Shown here piece by piece: positions 20,747 to 33,027 of a stretch of DNA of 64,000 nucleotides. Both the position numbers and the translations under genes were made by a program. The notes under the pieces are model-generated. The model worked only from the letters and a program-made list of their open reading frames with translations. It had not been told where the DNA came from and ran no database searches. Location of the stretch: contig OZ025661.1 in NCBI GenBank assembly GCA_964019335.1, positions 682,001 to 746,000 of the forward strand, in the 5' to 3' direction. The first letter of the stretch is position 1. Every line of letters starts with the position of its first letter. Source of the DNA: Diplonema japonicum (Eukaryota > Protista > Euglenozoa: Diplonemea).

Positions 20747-21564
20747 AAGAAAAAGCGAGAGGAAAATTAGCGGAGAATGGAAGAAAGCGGCGAAACACTT
20801 TTCTTGTTTTTTTTTGTTTTTGTTTTTGTTTTTGTTGGTGGTAAATTCGATTTTGTCAGTTTTTCTTCTTTCTTTTTTATCTTTTTATTTATTTATTTTT
20901 TACCCTCATAATTTCTTTTTACCATTCCTGACCTTCTCTTCTCCTCCCCTTGGGGAGGGGGGAAAAAAAAGAAGAGAGAACAAAAAAAAAAAAAAAAAAG
21001 AAAGAAAAAAAAAAGTAAGGGTATTTCATGGAAAGGCCACGCTCTTTGTTTGTGAGAGAGGAGGGTAAGGGAAAGAAAAACGGGGAGAAAAAAAGGCATC
21101 TTTTTTTTCTCCCTTTCTCTTACCTTCTTCTTCTATTTGCGCTTCTCGCACCGAGCTAAGACGGGGGACCTTTAAAGAAAAAAACCCTTTCTCTCGTTCT
21201 CTCCCCTTATAAGAAAAAAAAAAAAAAAAAAAAAAAGCTATTCACTGGAACTGCAAACTTGCAAAATCCTTTCAAATTGTTTCACTTTTCCTTTTGATTT
21301 AAAAAAAAAAGAAAGGAAAAAAAAAAAAAGATGAACAAACAACTGCCAGAAAATAGTTTTTCTCTTCCCACTCTCTTCCCCTTGGAAAAAAAAAAAAAAA
21401 AAAAAAAAAAAACTAGCAGCAACCTTTAACTGGAAAAAAAAAAAACGCCTGACCCTTGGGAAAACCAAATTCAAAAAAAAAGGGGGAAAGAGGGGGGAAA
21501 TTTTTCTCTTCTCCCCCCTCCCTTTTTTTTTTGGTTTTCCTGTCTCAAAATATTTTTTCTTTTC

Positions 21565-21598
<34 letters not shown>

Positions 21599-21778
21599 CC
21601 TCCCTTCACTGCCTCTCTATATATACTTTTTTTATAAGAATTTTCCTTCTTAGCACCCCCCCCCCCCCCCCCCACATCTATCATTACTCCCCTCCTTTTT
21701 TTCTTATTCTTCTTCCCGATGACCTTTTTCCACATTTCCACCTTTTTAAAGAGCCGGGGGGGGGGGGGGAGAGAAAAA

Positions 21779-22432
21779 ATGTTGAAAGCGACCCGATTTG
21801 CTCTTAAAAATTGCGCAATTCCAGTGAACCCTTTGAACCCGAAGGTGTGGATGGACGTCCAAGTAGGTGGTAAGTACGCTGGCAGGGTTTTCATGGAATT
21901 GTTTATGGATACAGTCCCCAAAACTGCGGAAAACATGAGGTGCCTGTTCACGGGGGAGAAGGGAAAGGGTATGAGCGGGAGAAAGCTGCACCTGAAAGGA
22001 ACCGCTTTCCACAGAATCATTCCGACGTTTGTCGTGCAAGGAGGTGACACAACACGGGGGGACGGCAGGGGCGGTGAGAGCATCTTTGGAGCACGGTTTG
22101 AAGATGAATCCTTCAAAGGCAAAGCGGGCAAACACTTCGGCCCAGGATGTCTCTCTATGGCCAACGCTGGTCCCAACACAAACGGTTCTCAATTTTTCAT
22201 ATGTGTAGGCCCCACTCCCCACCTCAACGGCAGGCACGTCGTTTTCGGTCAAATAGTTCACGGGTACGACGTCGTTCTGCTCATGGAACGCATGGGCACA
22301 CCGTCAGGAAGGACGCGGTTGGAGGTAAAAATCCACGACTGCGGCCAAGCACTGGAAGAAGACGAGTGGCACGAGACAACAGAGAAGTACAGCCCACAGA
22401 TTTACGGGGGTTTCCCAAACTCCCCTATTTGA
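21779..22432 (+). CDS. Cyclophilin-type peptidyl-prolyl isomerase, possibly mitochondrial
   Basis: Motifs [39 protein letters not shown] and [10 protein letters not shown]. Short basic N-terminal leader [10 protein letters not shown]. Confidence 0.95.
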   Translation: MLKATRFALKNCAIPVNPLNPKVWMDVQVGGKYAGRVFMELFMDTVPKTAENMRCLFTGEKGKGMSGRKLHLKGTAFHRIIPTFVVQGGDTTRGDGRGGESIFGARFEDESFKGKAGKHFGPGCLSMANAGPNTNGSQFFICVGPTPHLNGRHVVFGQIVHGYDVVLLMERMGTPSGRTRLEVKIHDCGQALEEDEWHETTEKYSPQIYGGFPNSPI

Positions 22433-22437
22433 TCACG

Positions 22438-22469
<32 letters not shown>

Positions 22470-22554
22470 CCCTCACCGGAGTTCAGAAGGAAGGCTGGGG
22501 GGAGGGGGGGAGAGAGAGAAAAAAAAAGAAGAAAAAAAAAAAAAAGAAAAAAAA

Positions 22555-24892
22555 ATGTCCGCAACTCCAACTCCTTCCCACGACACGGATTTTTTGGAAG
22601 AACCGCATGTCGTTGCGGTTGACGCACCCTTGAAGGTTTTCAACCCGCCGGACACCCGCAACCCAAACAACAAAATTTACTATGACTCGTGCAACGAAGA
22701 GTTGGTTATCGTGCAGGGGAACAACATACAGTTCAGCCCTTTGTACGCGCACGGGAAGGAGGTCAACTGCAACAATGAAGTGCAGGAAGGGCAGAAAGTG
22801 GGGAAGAACCCGATGAGGGGCGCGAAGAGAAGCTTCGGGAAAAACTACCTCGCGGTACTGAAAAGCGAGAGGGAGATCACGTTCTACAAACTGAAGCTTC
22901 CCAGGTGCCTTCCGATGACCGCGTACTCCTGCAAACAAGCTTTTCAACTGGGCAAGGCCGTCAAACGGCCCAACGTTGTGAAGGATTTCTTCTGGCTTTC
23001 CGACAATGTGATCCTCATCCTCACCTCCACCGCCATCGAAACCTTCACCATCACATCCTCTTCGTCATCGTCGTCAAGGGAAGGAAGAACCCTGCAACGG
23101 CTCAGACACGTAGCGACAACGATCGATTTCTACTCGTACCACTCCAAGCACAAGGTGCTTCTCTGCGTAAATAGAGACAAACCAAACTGCATAAAAACCT
23201 ACAAAATAGGGTCTTCATCCGGCATCAACCGGTACACAAAACACAAAATCGACGACTCAGTTGCAAAGGAGCACCACCCGGACCGATGCCCAGTACAGCA
23301 CTCTTTCGCAGGAGAAAAGCTCCCGGCGTACCAATTTTTCATAACACGATTGTACGGGCACACGTGTTTCTTACACATCACGATCCGGCAGGAGCTTGTG
23401 GTGTATACTCTGAACACGACTTTGAACTCTTGGGAGAAAACGGCCTCGTTGTACCTCCCCGACAAGGCAATGTACACCCTCAGCATTGTCGATAACCTCA
23501 TTTTGGTTCACAACCTGAACCTCCGCACGACATCTATCTACGATCACAAAATCTCAACAAACTCCATTACCGCATCGATGCCGATGGGCTACGGTGTACA
23601 AACAACCGTTCCCACGGGAACAGGCGTCGCATGCGGGGTGAAGGGCAAGGAGGGCATCAACGAATGGTTCTACTCAGACGAGGTGAAGCCGATTCTACCG
23701 GACAAACTTTTAGACTTAAACGGCCGGATCTACGGTTTAATGGTAAACCTCCGATCAGTCGTTCCAGCGTTCTCGCAGAAGCAGGCGCTTCTGCGGTTTT
23801 TACTGCAAAGAAAAGGGAGCAAAAAGGACGCGTTGACGTGCATCGCAAAGACGATAACATCATCATTACCACTTTCAACAGTGGGGTCCATGTTCGATAC
23901 CATAATAGTTGCAATGTCCCGCGGGGTGAGGGAATCCATGACAGCGTCGGCTCAACGGTCCGCGAGATCGATTGCAGGAGGGAGCACTTCTCCTACCCAT
24001 TCTAATACCAATACATGGGCCAGTTCGACCTCTCCTGGTCCACCGGTTGCACCTGGGTCGCCCATTGCCAATGGAAGCAGTTTTGGTGGTTTCGAAGCCC
24101 CACCAACTGATCCAGAGATTCAAGAAGAACCCGGTGTGACGATATGTTTCACACCCCCGTCGGATCCAGTTTCGGTTGTGTACCCTTTTTACTCTTTTAG
24201 CGGTGATTGGTACACGTCTGATCATGTTCTTGTCATTGAGCAGGTGGACATGTTGAACGATGTGTTCCACAAGATACACGACACCAAACCTGCCCCGATC
24301 TCGGCGGGGAGGTTCAGTGCTGTTTTTCTGGAGTACGCGAGGTCGCTGTCCGCGCATCAGATCCGGTTGAAGGACGTGCTGCAGAGGTTCATGATCGATT
24401 TGTTGATTTACACCGACCCTCCTGACTACCCGAAACTACATCATTACCTACAGTACCATGTAATAGAGGACACGGTGCCGACCGCGTTGCAGCTTTTAAA
24501 GTTTGAAGATCGGTGTGTGTTATGAGATGGGGTGGGAAAGTAAAAAAAAACTATAAAAAAAAAAATATAGATACCCGCCGTCGTTCCAGCTTGCTCTCGA
24601 CATGCTCAGTCGTGAGCGTGCGTTTCCTGAGATCGTGGAGGTATTGATCTCCCGGGGGCTGCTCGTGCGGGCAGCGGAGATTATGATCCAGTACAAGGTT
24701 CGCGTGAAGGATCTGAACCATATTTTGAGCAAGGCCTCCACCTGCTCGGACCCGCTTGTTCTCCATTCGCTCTGCGTCCTTTTGAAAAAATACAACCAGT
24801 CCGTGAAGGACGTGAGGGGCTTCACAGAGCAAGACCGCTGCGTGGCCTTCGAGGACCAATACGCCAGTGTTTTAGGCGTCCCTGTTGGGTGA
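22555..24892 (+). CDS. RMC1: RMC1/Mic1 (regulator of MON1-CCZ1 complex)-like; exons 22555-24512 and 24571-24892
   Basis: Motifs LSIVDNLILVHN..TSIYD, FLLQRKGSK, LEYARSL and LHHYLQYHVIED. Intron GTGTGT..TATAG (24513-24570) gives FEDR|YPPSFQLALDMLSR, the Mic1-domain motif. Confidence 0.85.
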
Positions 24893-25078
24893 AACAAACC
24901 AAAAAAAAATAAAATAAAAAAAGAAAAAGTGTTTTTTGTTCTTGTTTTTTTTTATACCCCCTTGTTTTTTGTTTTTTTTTTTGTTTTTCGCGGTTTGCTT
25001 TTCTCTTCCATTCTTTCCCTCATTTTCCTCGTACATATTTTGATTTTTTTTTTTTTTTTTTTTTTTGATGAAACTCCG

Positions 25079-25109
<31 letters not shown>

Positions 25110-25111
25110 GC

Positions 25112-26079
25112 ATGTCCAACATCAACGATGAAGATGAAGGCGTAGCAGCTTTGCGGGAGGAGTTCTCCCTACCAGAGTCGGTGATTCGACACGTGCTGAG
25201 AACGACGGGGAACATCTCGAATGCACGGCAAAGACTGGAGAGGCAGGAGGAGCAGGAGAGGGAGAGCAGCATAAGCGACGCGGAAGACGTGTGGAGCATC
25301 TCCCCAAGACAGCTCCTCTCTCTGGCGATCGCCGTGGGGCTCTCCTTTCCGTTTTACAGAGTAAAGGTCATTGAACAAGTCCATGGAACAAACACGCTGG
25401 AGGCTGCCAGGCTCGCCGTCCAACACGGCTGGATACACCTTTGGAGAGGCGTGGAGATGCAGTACCTCACGTCAGTTGTCTTGATGCTGATCAAGTCGAC
25501 AATGTTCGACACTGCAATAGATGTGTTGACACCTGAGACTGGTTGGCCTGCAACATCACAGAGTGACGTCGCGTTCATCGCCACCCTCGCCTTCATGGTG
25601 TCCTCTGCATTCTCTGAGGTTGTTGTGTGCCCTTTCCGGGTCTGCGGGGTAAGGGTCACTTCCTCGTTGGGGCCTTATCCGTATACCTATCTTGTTCAGC
25701 CTTTTCAGCAAGGGTATTTTTGGGGGTATTTTAAGGGGCTTGGGGCGCTGCTCCTTTCGAGGGGGATATCTTACTACTTCAAGCTGCAGTCCACGACGAG
25801 TACAAGCAGACTCTGTGGGTTGACCACCATAGTGCAACCATTGGTTCACGCGGCTGACACAGTGTTCGCGTTGATGGCAGTCCACGGGTGCAGATACCCG
25901 ACGGTATGGGGAGGGGGGAGGGAGAAAAAAAAGGAAGAAAAAAAAAGGCTGTTCACCTGTTGTCGAGCTCGCGAGAGGACGCTTCGCCTATATATGACAG
26001 ATCCTTGCTGGTGCTTCCCTTCAGTGGTATCCTCACCAGTTACGTTTGGAAGTACCTCTTCGAAAAGGATTTTTTATGA
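25112..26079 (+). CDS. Divergent mitochondrial-carrier-like membrane protein with N-terminal CUE/UBA-like helical domain; exons 25112-25903 and 25948-26079
   Basis: Degenerate carrier signatures (FPFYRVKV..Q, GWIHLWRGV, CPFRVCGVR, GYFKGLGA). N-terminal LREEFSLPESVIRHVLRTTGNISNA. Intron GTATGG..AAAAG at 25904-25947. Confidence 0.6.
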
Positions 26080-26231
26080 GGGCAGGAAGGGGGAATGAAA
26101 GGGGGAAAAAAAAAGAAAGAAAGTGTACCAGACTCCCCCCCCCCCCCCCCCCCCCCCGCAAACCCGCTACCTGTCCTCTTGTGATATTACTCTTTTTTTT
26201 TCTCCCCCTTGCCGTCGTAGATACGCAAAAA

Positions 26232-26264
<33 letters not shown>

Positions 26265-26279
26265 AAAAATTAATACAAA

Positions 26280-27658
26280 ATGAAACAAGCGATACCGAGG
26301 ATCCTAACCGGCTGTCAACGCAATAGTCACAGATACGGCTCTGGTACCGCGTCCGTGCACAAAAAACAGCTTCGACAACAACAACAAAGACAACAACTAC
26401 AACAACAACAACCCAACGTCGAGGACCTAGAGGTCGACGAAACAAGCAGCTTTGGAGACGTATGACACACACACCCTTAAAAAAAAGAACACCCCCCCCC
26501 CCCCCCCCCCCCCACGCACACACACAGATCTGGAGAGTAAAGGAAAGGCTAATTCTGGACCATGCAGCAGGCGACCCTGCAGCCAGAACACTAAAAGACA
26601 TCATCGAGCTGGGAAGAGCGGTGCACGAGGGGGACCAGGTTGCGTTGGTGCAGAACGCAGCGCATGTTCAAGACGCATTGGCAGTTCGGATAGCAAAAGC
26701 GGTGAGAACCTTCAACGTGCTCCCGGAGGAGGTTCAAAACCACCCTGAGGTGAGAACACTGGCGGTGCAGCTGATCGACGGCCTGGAAAGGATCGCAAGC
26801 TTCACGGACCAGTACGGGGAGGTGTCGTCGAAGGACCTCGAGGTAAAATTCTGCGGGCTGCTCCGATCGCTGTCCGCAAACGGTGGAACGCTCGCGACAG
26901 GCGATGCCTTGTCACAACTCCGCGGTCTCGTCGGGAGGGCCCGCGGAACAACTCTGGTCGACCCCACTTTTTTCGACCATTTCGTAGCGCAGCTTCTGTT
27001 AAATTCGGTTTCATGGGCGGTTCTGATCCAGCATCACTTGCAGCTTTCAGATGTTCAAAGAGGACAGCACCATGTTGGCGCATTCGACACCCAACTCCGT
27101 CCTGTGGTCGTGGCACGGGACTGCGCCTTCAAAACACAATTTGTATGTGCCCAGGAATTGGGTGTTTCCCCCCGTATTCAGGTCAACGGTGATTTAACAG
27201 GCACCATGGAGTACATTGAACCCCACTTTCGGTACATTTTAACGGAGGTTTTAAAGAATTCCGCACATGCAACGGTACGATGGCACAAGGAGAACTCAAA
27301 TGGAAAAAGTGGTTCAAAAGTCCCCCCTGTGTCAGTCTGTGTAAGCAGTAACGATGAACAAGTTGAGGTCAAAGTAACCGATCAAGGCGGTGGCATGGGG
27401 AAATCTGTTCTGTCAAATGTTTGGAGGTTTGGTTACACCACTGCTCATGACAGTGCAGCCGGGTTGGCAGGGTCGGAAGCATCGACGGGATCGGGGCTGG
27501 CCGGGTGGGGTTTTGGTCTCCCCAGATCGTTGATTTATACGAGGTACCTTGGTGGGGATATTGAAATAGAAACTGAGCCGGGGCAAGGATGTGCTGTCAG
27601 GATTGTGTTTCCAAAGGCAGCTTCGGAGAAATCCTTGGAGCTGCTTGGTGGGTTGTGA
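26280..27658 (+). CDS. Mitochondrial alpha-ketoacid dehydrogenase kinase (PDK/BCKDK family); exons 26280-26459 and 26528-27658
   Basis: Motifs YILTEVLKNSAHAT, VTDQGGG, FGYTTA, LAGWGFGLPRSLIYTRYLGG and GQGC. Intron GTATGA..CACAG at 26460-26527 joins the frames. Confidence 0.9.
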
Positions 27659-28270
27659 GGAAAAAAAAAAAAAAAAAAAAAATGGAAAAAAAAAACCCCC
27701 ACCCCACACACACTTCTCTCTCGATTATTTTTGTTTTTCACCTATTAAGCCACTTTTTTTTTCTTTTTTTCTTTTTTTTTTTTTTTTTTTCGAATGCTCC
27801 GAGTCACCCGGCGCCTTTCCATCACGCTTTGCCCCCCCCCATTCCTTCTTTCTTTTGTTTCTACGAAAAAAAAGATAGTTGTGGTAGTGAGTTGCTTGGT
27901 GGTTGTGGCCTGCCAGAGGTCACAAAGAAAAAAAAAAGGAAAAAAAAAAAAAAAAAGGAAAAAGAAAAGAAGAAAAAAAAAAAAAGGCCTTCCCCCCATC
28001 CCCCCGACTTGCATCTGCGGCCATTTAAAGGGAAAAAAAATCTAGGGAGCAAGAAAAAAAAGAGGGGACTTTGATGACACCCCCCCCCCCCATACCCTTA
28101 CTGGAGTATTGCTGTCTCTCCCTCCCCTCCCTCCCCTCCTTTCACGTTTGCCTTCGTCTTCGTTATTTGCTTCCCTAGAATATTTTTTTTTCCGTAAAGG
28201 CTGTTTGTGTCAAGGATAGTTTTTTTTTTTTTTCCTTCTTCTTTTTTCGTTTTTCCCTATCCGTACTTCT

Positions 28271-28302
<32 letters not shown>

Positions 28303-28415
28303 GCTTCCAAATAAAATGATACACTTGACGAATGAGAAGAGATGGAATTGGAAAAGAAGAAGAGAAAAGAGAAAAAAAAAAAGAAAAAAAAAAACGAGAT
28401 GTGTGTAGGCAAGAG

Positions 28416-28459
<44 letters not shown>

Positions 28460-29759
28460 ACTAGAGAAGCGTATGAGGTGTTTTTATATTTTTTTATTCA
28501 AATTGTTGTGATTTCCAACAAGAAAAAAAAAAGAAAAAAAAAAACGAGGAAAAAAAAACAGAAGCGAGAGAGGGGAAAAAAAAAAAAGAAAGAACACAAA
28601 ACGTTGTTTGAATGACCTTGGGAATTAGAAAGAAAGAAAAAAAAAGAAGAAGAAGAGAAAAGGTGTATGAGCTACGTGCCACCCGCTGGCTATTGAGAGC
28701 CAAAGAAAAGAAGAAGAAAAAAAAAATGAAATGAAAACCCAAAGGAAGAACATGGTCCAGTAAGAAAAAAAAAATCTTTTTTCCATGCCTTTTAGGCAGC
28801 AGTTTTTTCTTCTTCTTTTTTTTTTTTTTTTTACAATATCCCCCCCTCATCTCTTCCCTCAGGGGGGAAAAAGTTTTTTTTTTTAATCTCTCTGTCCCCA
28901 GTTTCCCGTTTCTTGGCTGCGACAGTGCTCTTTCTTCTTGCGCGCCACTTTGGGGAATTTTCACCCCCTCTTCCTCCTCCCCTCACTCTAGATATTGTAA
29001 TTCTATTTTTTTTGTGAAAAGTGGCCCTTCTTTTTTTTTTTTTTTCTTCGTTGAAATGTCACACCACAGAGGGGGATAGGATGTTTTTTTCTTGCCCCCC
29101 CCCTGAGGTTTTGTCTTGTGATTTTTTTTTTTAGAAGAAAAAAAAAAAAAAAAAAAAAAAACAGAAGTAGGAAGAAGAAAAAAAGGAGCTGATAGAGAAA
29201 AAAAAAAGAGGAAACCAAAAAAGGGGGGAAATGATATTGCATCCGATTTTTTTTTCCTTCCCTTTTTCCTTCCTTTTGATGTCTTGAGTGTTTGGAGAAA
29301 GGATACAAAGGAATGCTAAAGGGAAGAAAAAAAAAGAGAGAACCTTGAAGAATATAAATAAATATGGATTAGAATACCTTATTTCACCCCCTCCCCTTTC
29401 CCCCTTTTTTTTCTCCTTTTCTTTCTTCTTTTCCTCATGTCTAGAAGGGAAAAAACCAAAAGAGAAACCAAAAGAAGAAAAAAAAAAGCAAAAGCTTTGT
29501 CCCCAGTACAACCTCCCCCCTTCCCGTTATTCTTTTTTTCCCCCTTTAATATTTATCAACACCCTCCCCTCCTTTGTCCGTCTTATTTTACCCCCCACTC
29601 TTTTTTTAAATCGTTCTTCTCGGGGGGGGGGGACTATTGATTTATGAAAAAAATAAAGTGGACTTTATTTCCCGCGGCTGATAATCTGTCCCGAGGGGGA
29701 AAGAGTAATTTTATTTATTTTCTGGTTTCCGATGGCACTCCCAGACCCCCACCCCAAAG

Positions 29760-30000
29760 TCAGGATTGTCCAGGATTTGACATACATCAAGACAGGGGGT
29801 TGCTTGCACTGCTCGTCCACGCCTTCAGCATAGCAGTCATCCTGGGCCAGTCTTGCAATTTCATGGCATGGTTCAGGCGGCTATAAAGGGACCAGAGGCT
29901 CGACGGCTTCTTAGCCCTCCTTTGTACAGGGCATCGAACTGCGTTATCATGTCGGCCACCCTGGGCTTTCTGGTGGCTGAACCTGAGTTCTCGTCCACCC
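29760..30000 (-). mobile_element. Crypton-like tyrosine-recombinase remnant (N-terminal part)
   Basis: Peptide KPSSLWSLYSRLNHAMKLQDWPRMTAMLKAW is homologous to the fragment at 58787-59160 (YSRLNSVVK..LHDHPRLKVPLKRF). Confidence 0.6.
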
Positions 30001-30071
30001 AAACAGCTCCCTATATAAAAGGGCTGCGAGCAATGTTCTTACCCCCATCGAGGAAAAAAAAAAAAAAAAAA

Positions 30072-32891
30072 ATGAAACTGATAACCCTGCTATTATTAAC
30101 ATGGCCTGCCATATCAGCACACACAGAATCCAAAGCCAGTGAAGAGAGAGAGAAGGCAGGGGCCGCACTCGAACCGGCGCGGTACATCGCCAAGCTGAAA
30201 AAACAACCCCGGGACCGGACCAGAACCGACAGGGAAAGCGTCGCCGACATCACAATGGGGACGGGCGAGTACGTAAAAACAGGCAGCGGGCGGGGCTACG
30301 TGGTCTTCACAGCACATCGAACCCAAAAGCTCAACAAAACAGGGACAGAGTACGTCGTTGAAGACAGCCAACAGACCCGAAGAAAACCATTAAGCGGGGT
30401 TTCATCCCCCGCGGGCTCCTTAGATGTCGTGGCAACACTCGACATAAAAAAAGTTTTTTGGTCGGAAGGGGTGAGGGGTCAAGGGGTTAAAACAGCCATT
30501 TTCGACACCGGCATCGCACAATCACACCCGCACTTCGCCAACGCAAAAATTAAAACCTGTTCGGATTTCACAAATTCCGGGTCATGTGAAGACGGTTTCG
30601 GGCACGGATCCTTCGTCGCAGGGTTGATCGCCGCCCAGACAGAGTGTATAGGAATGGCCCCGGACAGTGAAATGCATATTTTTAAAGTTTTCACCGACAA
30701 GCAACTCTCATTCACGTCATGGTTCCTCGAGGCCTTCAACCAAGCTATAGATCAGGAAATCGACGTCATAAATTTCTCAATAGGCGGACCCGACTACATG
30801 GACCGCCCCTTTGTGGACAAGGTACGCGAGGCCTCCGCCAACGGGATAACAATCGTGTCGGCGATCGGTAACGACGGCCCGTTGTACGGAACGCTCAACA
30901 ACCCAGCAGATCAGTTGGATGTGATAGGAGTCGGTGGCATTACACACTACCGTCGACTTGCATCGTTCTCCTCAAGAGGAATGACCACCTGGGAGCTTCC
31001 GCAGGGTTACGGACGGATAAAACCCGACGTAGTCACCCACAGTGAAACAGTCCGATCCACAAGCCACAAGGGTGGCTGCAAGTCCCTCTCCGGTACATCA
31101 GTCGCAAGCCCCATTGTTACCGGAATTGTGACTGAACTCATCGGCCTCGCGAGGTCGTTGAACATCGAACCCAACCCCGCGTACCTTAAGCAGATTTTAA
31201 CATCGACAAGTAGGAAGATTGCCGACACAACCGTGTACGCCCAGGGGTCCGGAATGGTGTCTGTTGCAGAGGCCGCGGAGGCCGTTCGTTCAAAGCAGGC
31301 TATGGCGCCTTCTTTCATCCCGCATTCGTTAATCTTACATGATTGTCATTTGTTCTGGCCGCACTGCCACCATCCTCTTTATCACACGTCTTCACCTGTA
31401 GTGGTGAACCTCACCGTGGCGAACCCCGTGTCGGTTCAAAGCCGGATCATGTCAACAGTGTGGCTGCCGTCGAAGGGGCCGAAAGGTCTTTTAACAGTGG
31501 GAACCGAATACTCCGACGTGGTGTGGCCGTGGAGCGGGTGGCTTTCGGTGTCGTTGAGCGTGGGGCAAGCAACAAACTTCACAGGAATCGTGGAGGGCGA
31601 GGTTCAGGCAACCCTCGAAGCAAAGGGGTTGATGTACACGTTTTCACTCTTCGTCAGCGTGAAGGTTATTGCAAGACCACCGAGACACAGAAGAATCTTG
31701 TGGGACGTGTTCCACAACATGCAGTACCCGCCAGCGTACGTCGCACGAGACGACCTACAAGTTACATCTGATGTGTTGGACTGGAACGGAGACCACCCCC
31801 ACACGAATTTCCGAGAAGCGTTTAACAACCTGGTTCTGAACGGCTGGCACGTCGATCTTCTTACCGATAGCTTCACAATGTTTGAAGCGAAGAATTACGT
31901 GTGTTTGCTTTTAATCGACACGGAGGAGGAGTTTTCCCAGGAGGAGAAGATTAAGCTGCAACATGATGTGTCTCACAACGGCCTCGCTTTGCTTGTCTTC
32001 GCGGAGTGGTACAACACAGACTTAATGAAAAACGCTCGTTTTGTAGACGATAACACGCAAGAAATGTGGACCCCGGTTGTCGGTGGGGGGAACCTCCCTG
32101 CTCTGAACGAGCTTTTAGAACCATTTTCCGCCGCGTTCTCGTCAAGCGTGTTTCAAGGCGCTGCGAAGATTTCTGACAGCATGACGTTTCGTTACGCCTC
32201 AGGGACGTCTATTGCGAAGTTCCCAAAGAATGGGATGCTGTTTCACACGAGCGCACCGTTGACGGATCTCACCGACCCTGCCAAGCAACCTAGAAAACGG
32301 TCCAGACAGAATTCCAAAAACAATTTCAAACAAAGTCCTCAGAAGGACGCGGTTCCTGTGTTGGGGATAACCGGTTGGAATTCAGGCGTGAAGCTTGCTT
32401 TGTTCGGTGATTCAGGGTGTCTTGACTCCGCGCATTCTGGACAACAATACTGTTTTCATCTATTACAGTCGCTTGTGAAGTGGGCGGGGACAGGGAGGAT
32501 CGACGCGGGGCTGCTCGCATCACGGACGAGGCGAAATCTTTCATCACAGTGGGATGATGCGTCTGTTGCCCTCCCGAGCCGTATCGGACCGGCCTTGTTG
32601 GAGTCGCATTCTCTTCACGGCCCGAACGACAGACGAGACGCCTCGCACCGTCCGAAGGTCATCGCCGGCATCAAACCCATCCTTAACCATGCTGTTACAG
32701 TTTCCAATGCTACACGAATCCCGCCTGCGCCGATTAGATCACCCGTTTTCCTGGGCGAGGTTGTGACCGTGCCGCCCTCCCGCGACTTTTATACGCACTA
32801 TGTGGCCGTCGCGCTCCCCGTGGCAGGCCTCACCGCTGTTTTGATGCTTTGGAAGTTTGGCAGACGGAGGAGGCCCGCCAGACGACTTTAA
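30072..32891 (+). CDS. MBTPS1: Membrane-bound transcription factor site-1 protease (S1P/SKI-1, subtilisin S8)
   Basis: Catalytic motifs AIFDTG, GHGSFVAG and SGTSVASP. S1P-specific motifs FTSWFLEAFN, GMTTWELPQGYGRIKPD and DWNGDHPHTNF. Signal peptide and C-terminal TM helix. Confidence 0.95.
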   Translation: MKLITLLLLTWPAISAHTESKASEEREKAGAALEPARYIAKLKKQPRDRTRTDRESVADITMGTGEYVKTGSGRGYVVFTAHRTQKLNKTGTEYVVEDSQQTRRKPLSGVSSPAGSLDVVATLDIKKVFWSEGVRGQGVKTAIFDTGIAQSHPHFANAKIKTCSDFTNSGSCEDGFGHGSFVAGLIAAQTECIGMAPDSEMHIFKVFTDKQLSFTSWFLEAFNQAIDQEIDVINFSIGGPDYMDRPFVDKVREASANGITIVSAIGNDGPLYGTLNNPADQLDVIGVGGITHYRRLASFSSRGMTTWELPQGYGRIKPDVVTHSETVRSTSHKGGCKSLSGTSVASPIVTGIVTELIGLARSLNIEPNPAYLKQILTSTSRKIADTTVYAQGSGMVSVAEAAEAVRSKQAMAPSFIPHSLILHDCHLFWPHCHHPLYHTSSPVVVNLTVANPVSVQSRIMSTVWLPSKGPKGLLTVGTEYSDVVWPWSGWLSVSLSVGQATNFTGIVEGEVQATLEAKGLMYTFSLFVSVKVIARPPRHRRILWDVFHNMQYPPAYVARDDLQVTSDVLDWNGDHPHTNFREAFNNLVLNGWHVDLLTDSFTMFEAKNYVCLLLIDTEEEFSQEEKIKLQHDVSHNGLALLVFAEWYNTDLMKNARFVDDNTQEMWTPVVGGGNLPALNELLEPFSAAFSSSVFQGAAKISDSMTFRYASGTSIAKFPKNGMLFHTSAPLTDLTDPAKQPRKRSRQNSKNNFKQSPQKDAVPVLGITGWNSGVKLALFGDSGCLDSAHSGQQYCFHLLQSLVKWAGTGRIDAGLLASRTRRNLSSQWDDASVALPSRIGPALLESHSLHGPNDRRDASHRPKVIAGIKPILNHAVTVSNATRIPPAPIRSPVFLGEVVTVPPSRDFYTHYVAVALPVAGLTAVLMLWKFGRRRRPARRL

Positions 32892-33027
32892 ACCTTTTTA
32901 AAAAAAGAAGAGAGAGAAAAAAAAGATACACTTATATATTTTTTTTTTCAAGATAAAATTTTTATTCTCACGAGGAGGGAAAATAAATAAATGAATAAAT
33001 CTCAGTCCCCCCCTCCCCCCCTTGTTT

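Noticed and set aside
22147-22554. Apparent overlap or fusion of cyclophilin with the RMC1 ORF
   Set aside because: Stop-free run through a homopolymer spacer; RMC1 plausibly starts at 22555.
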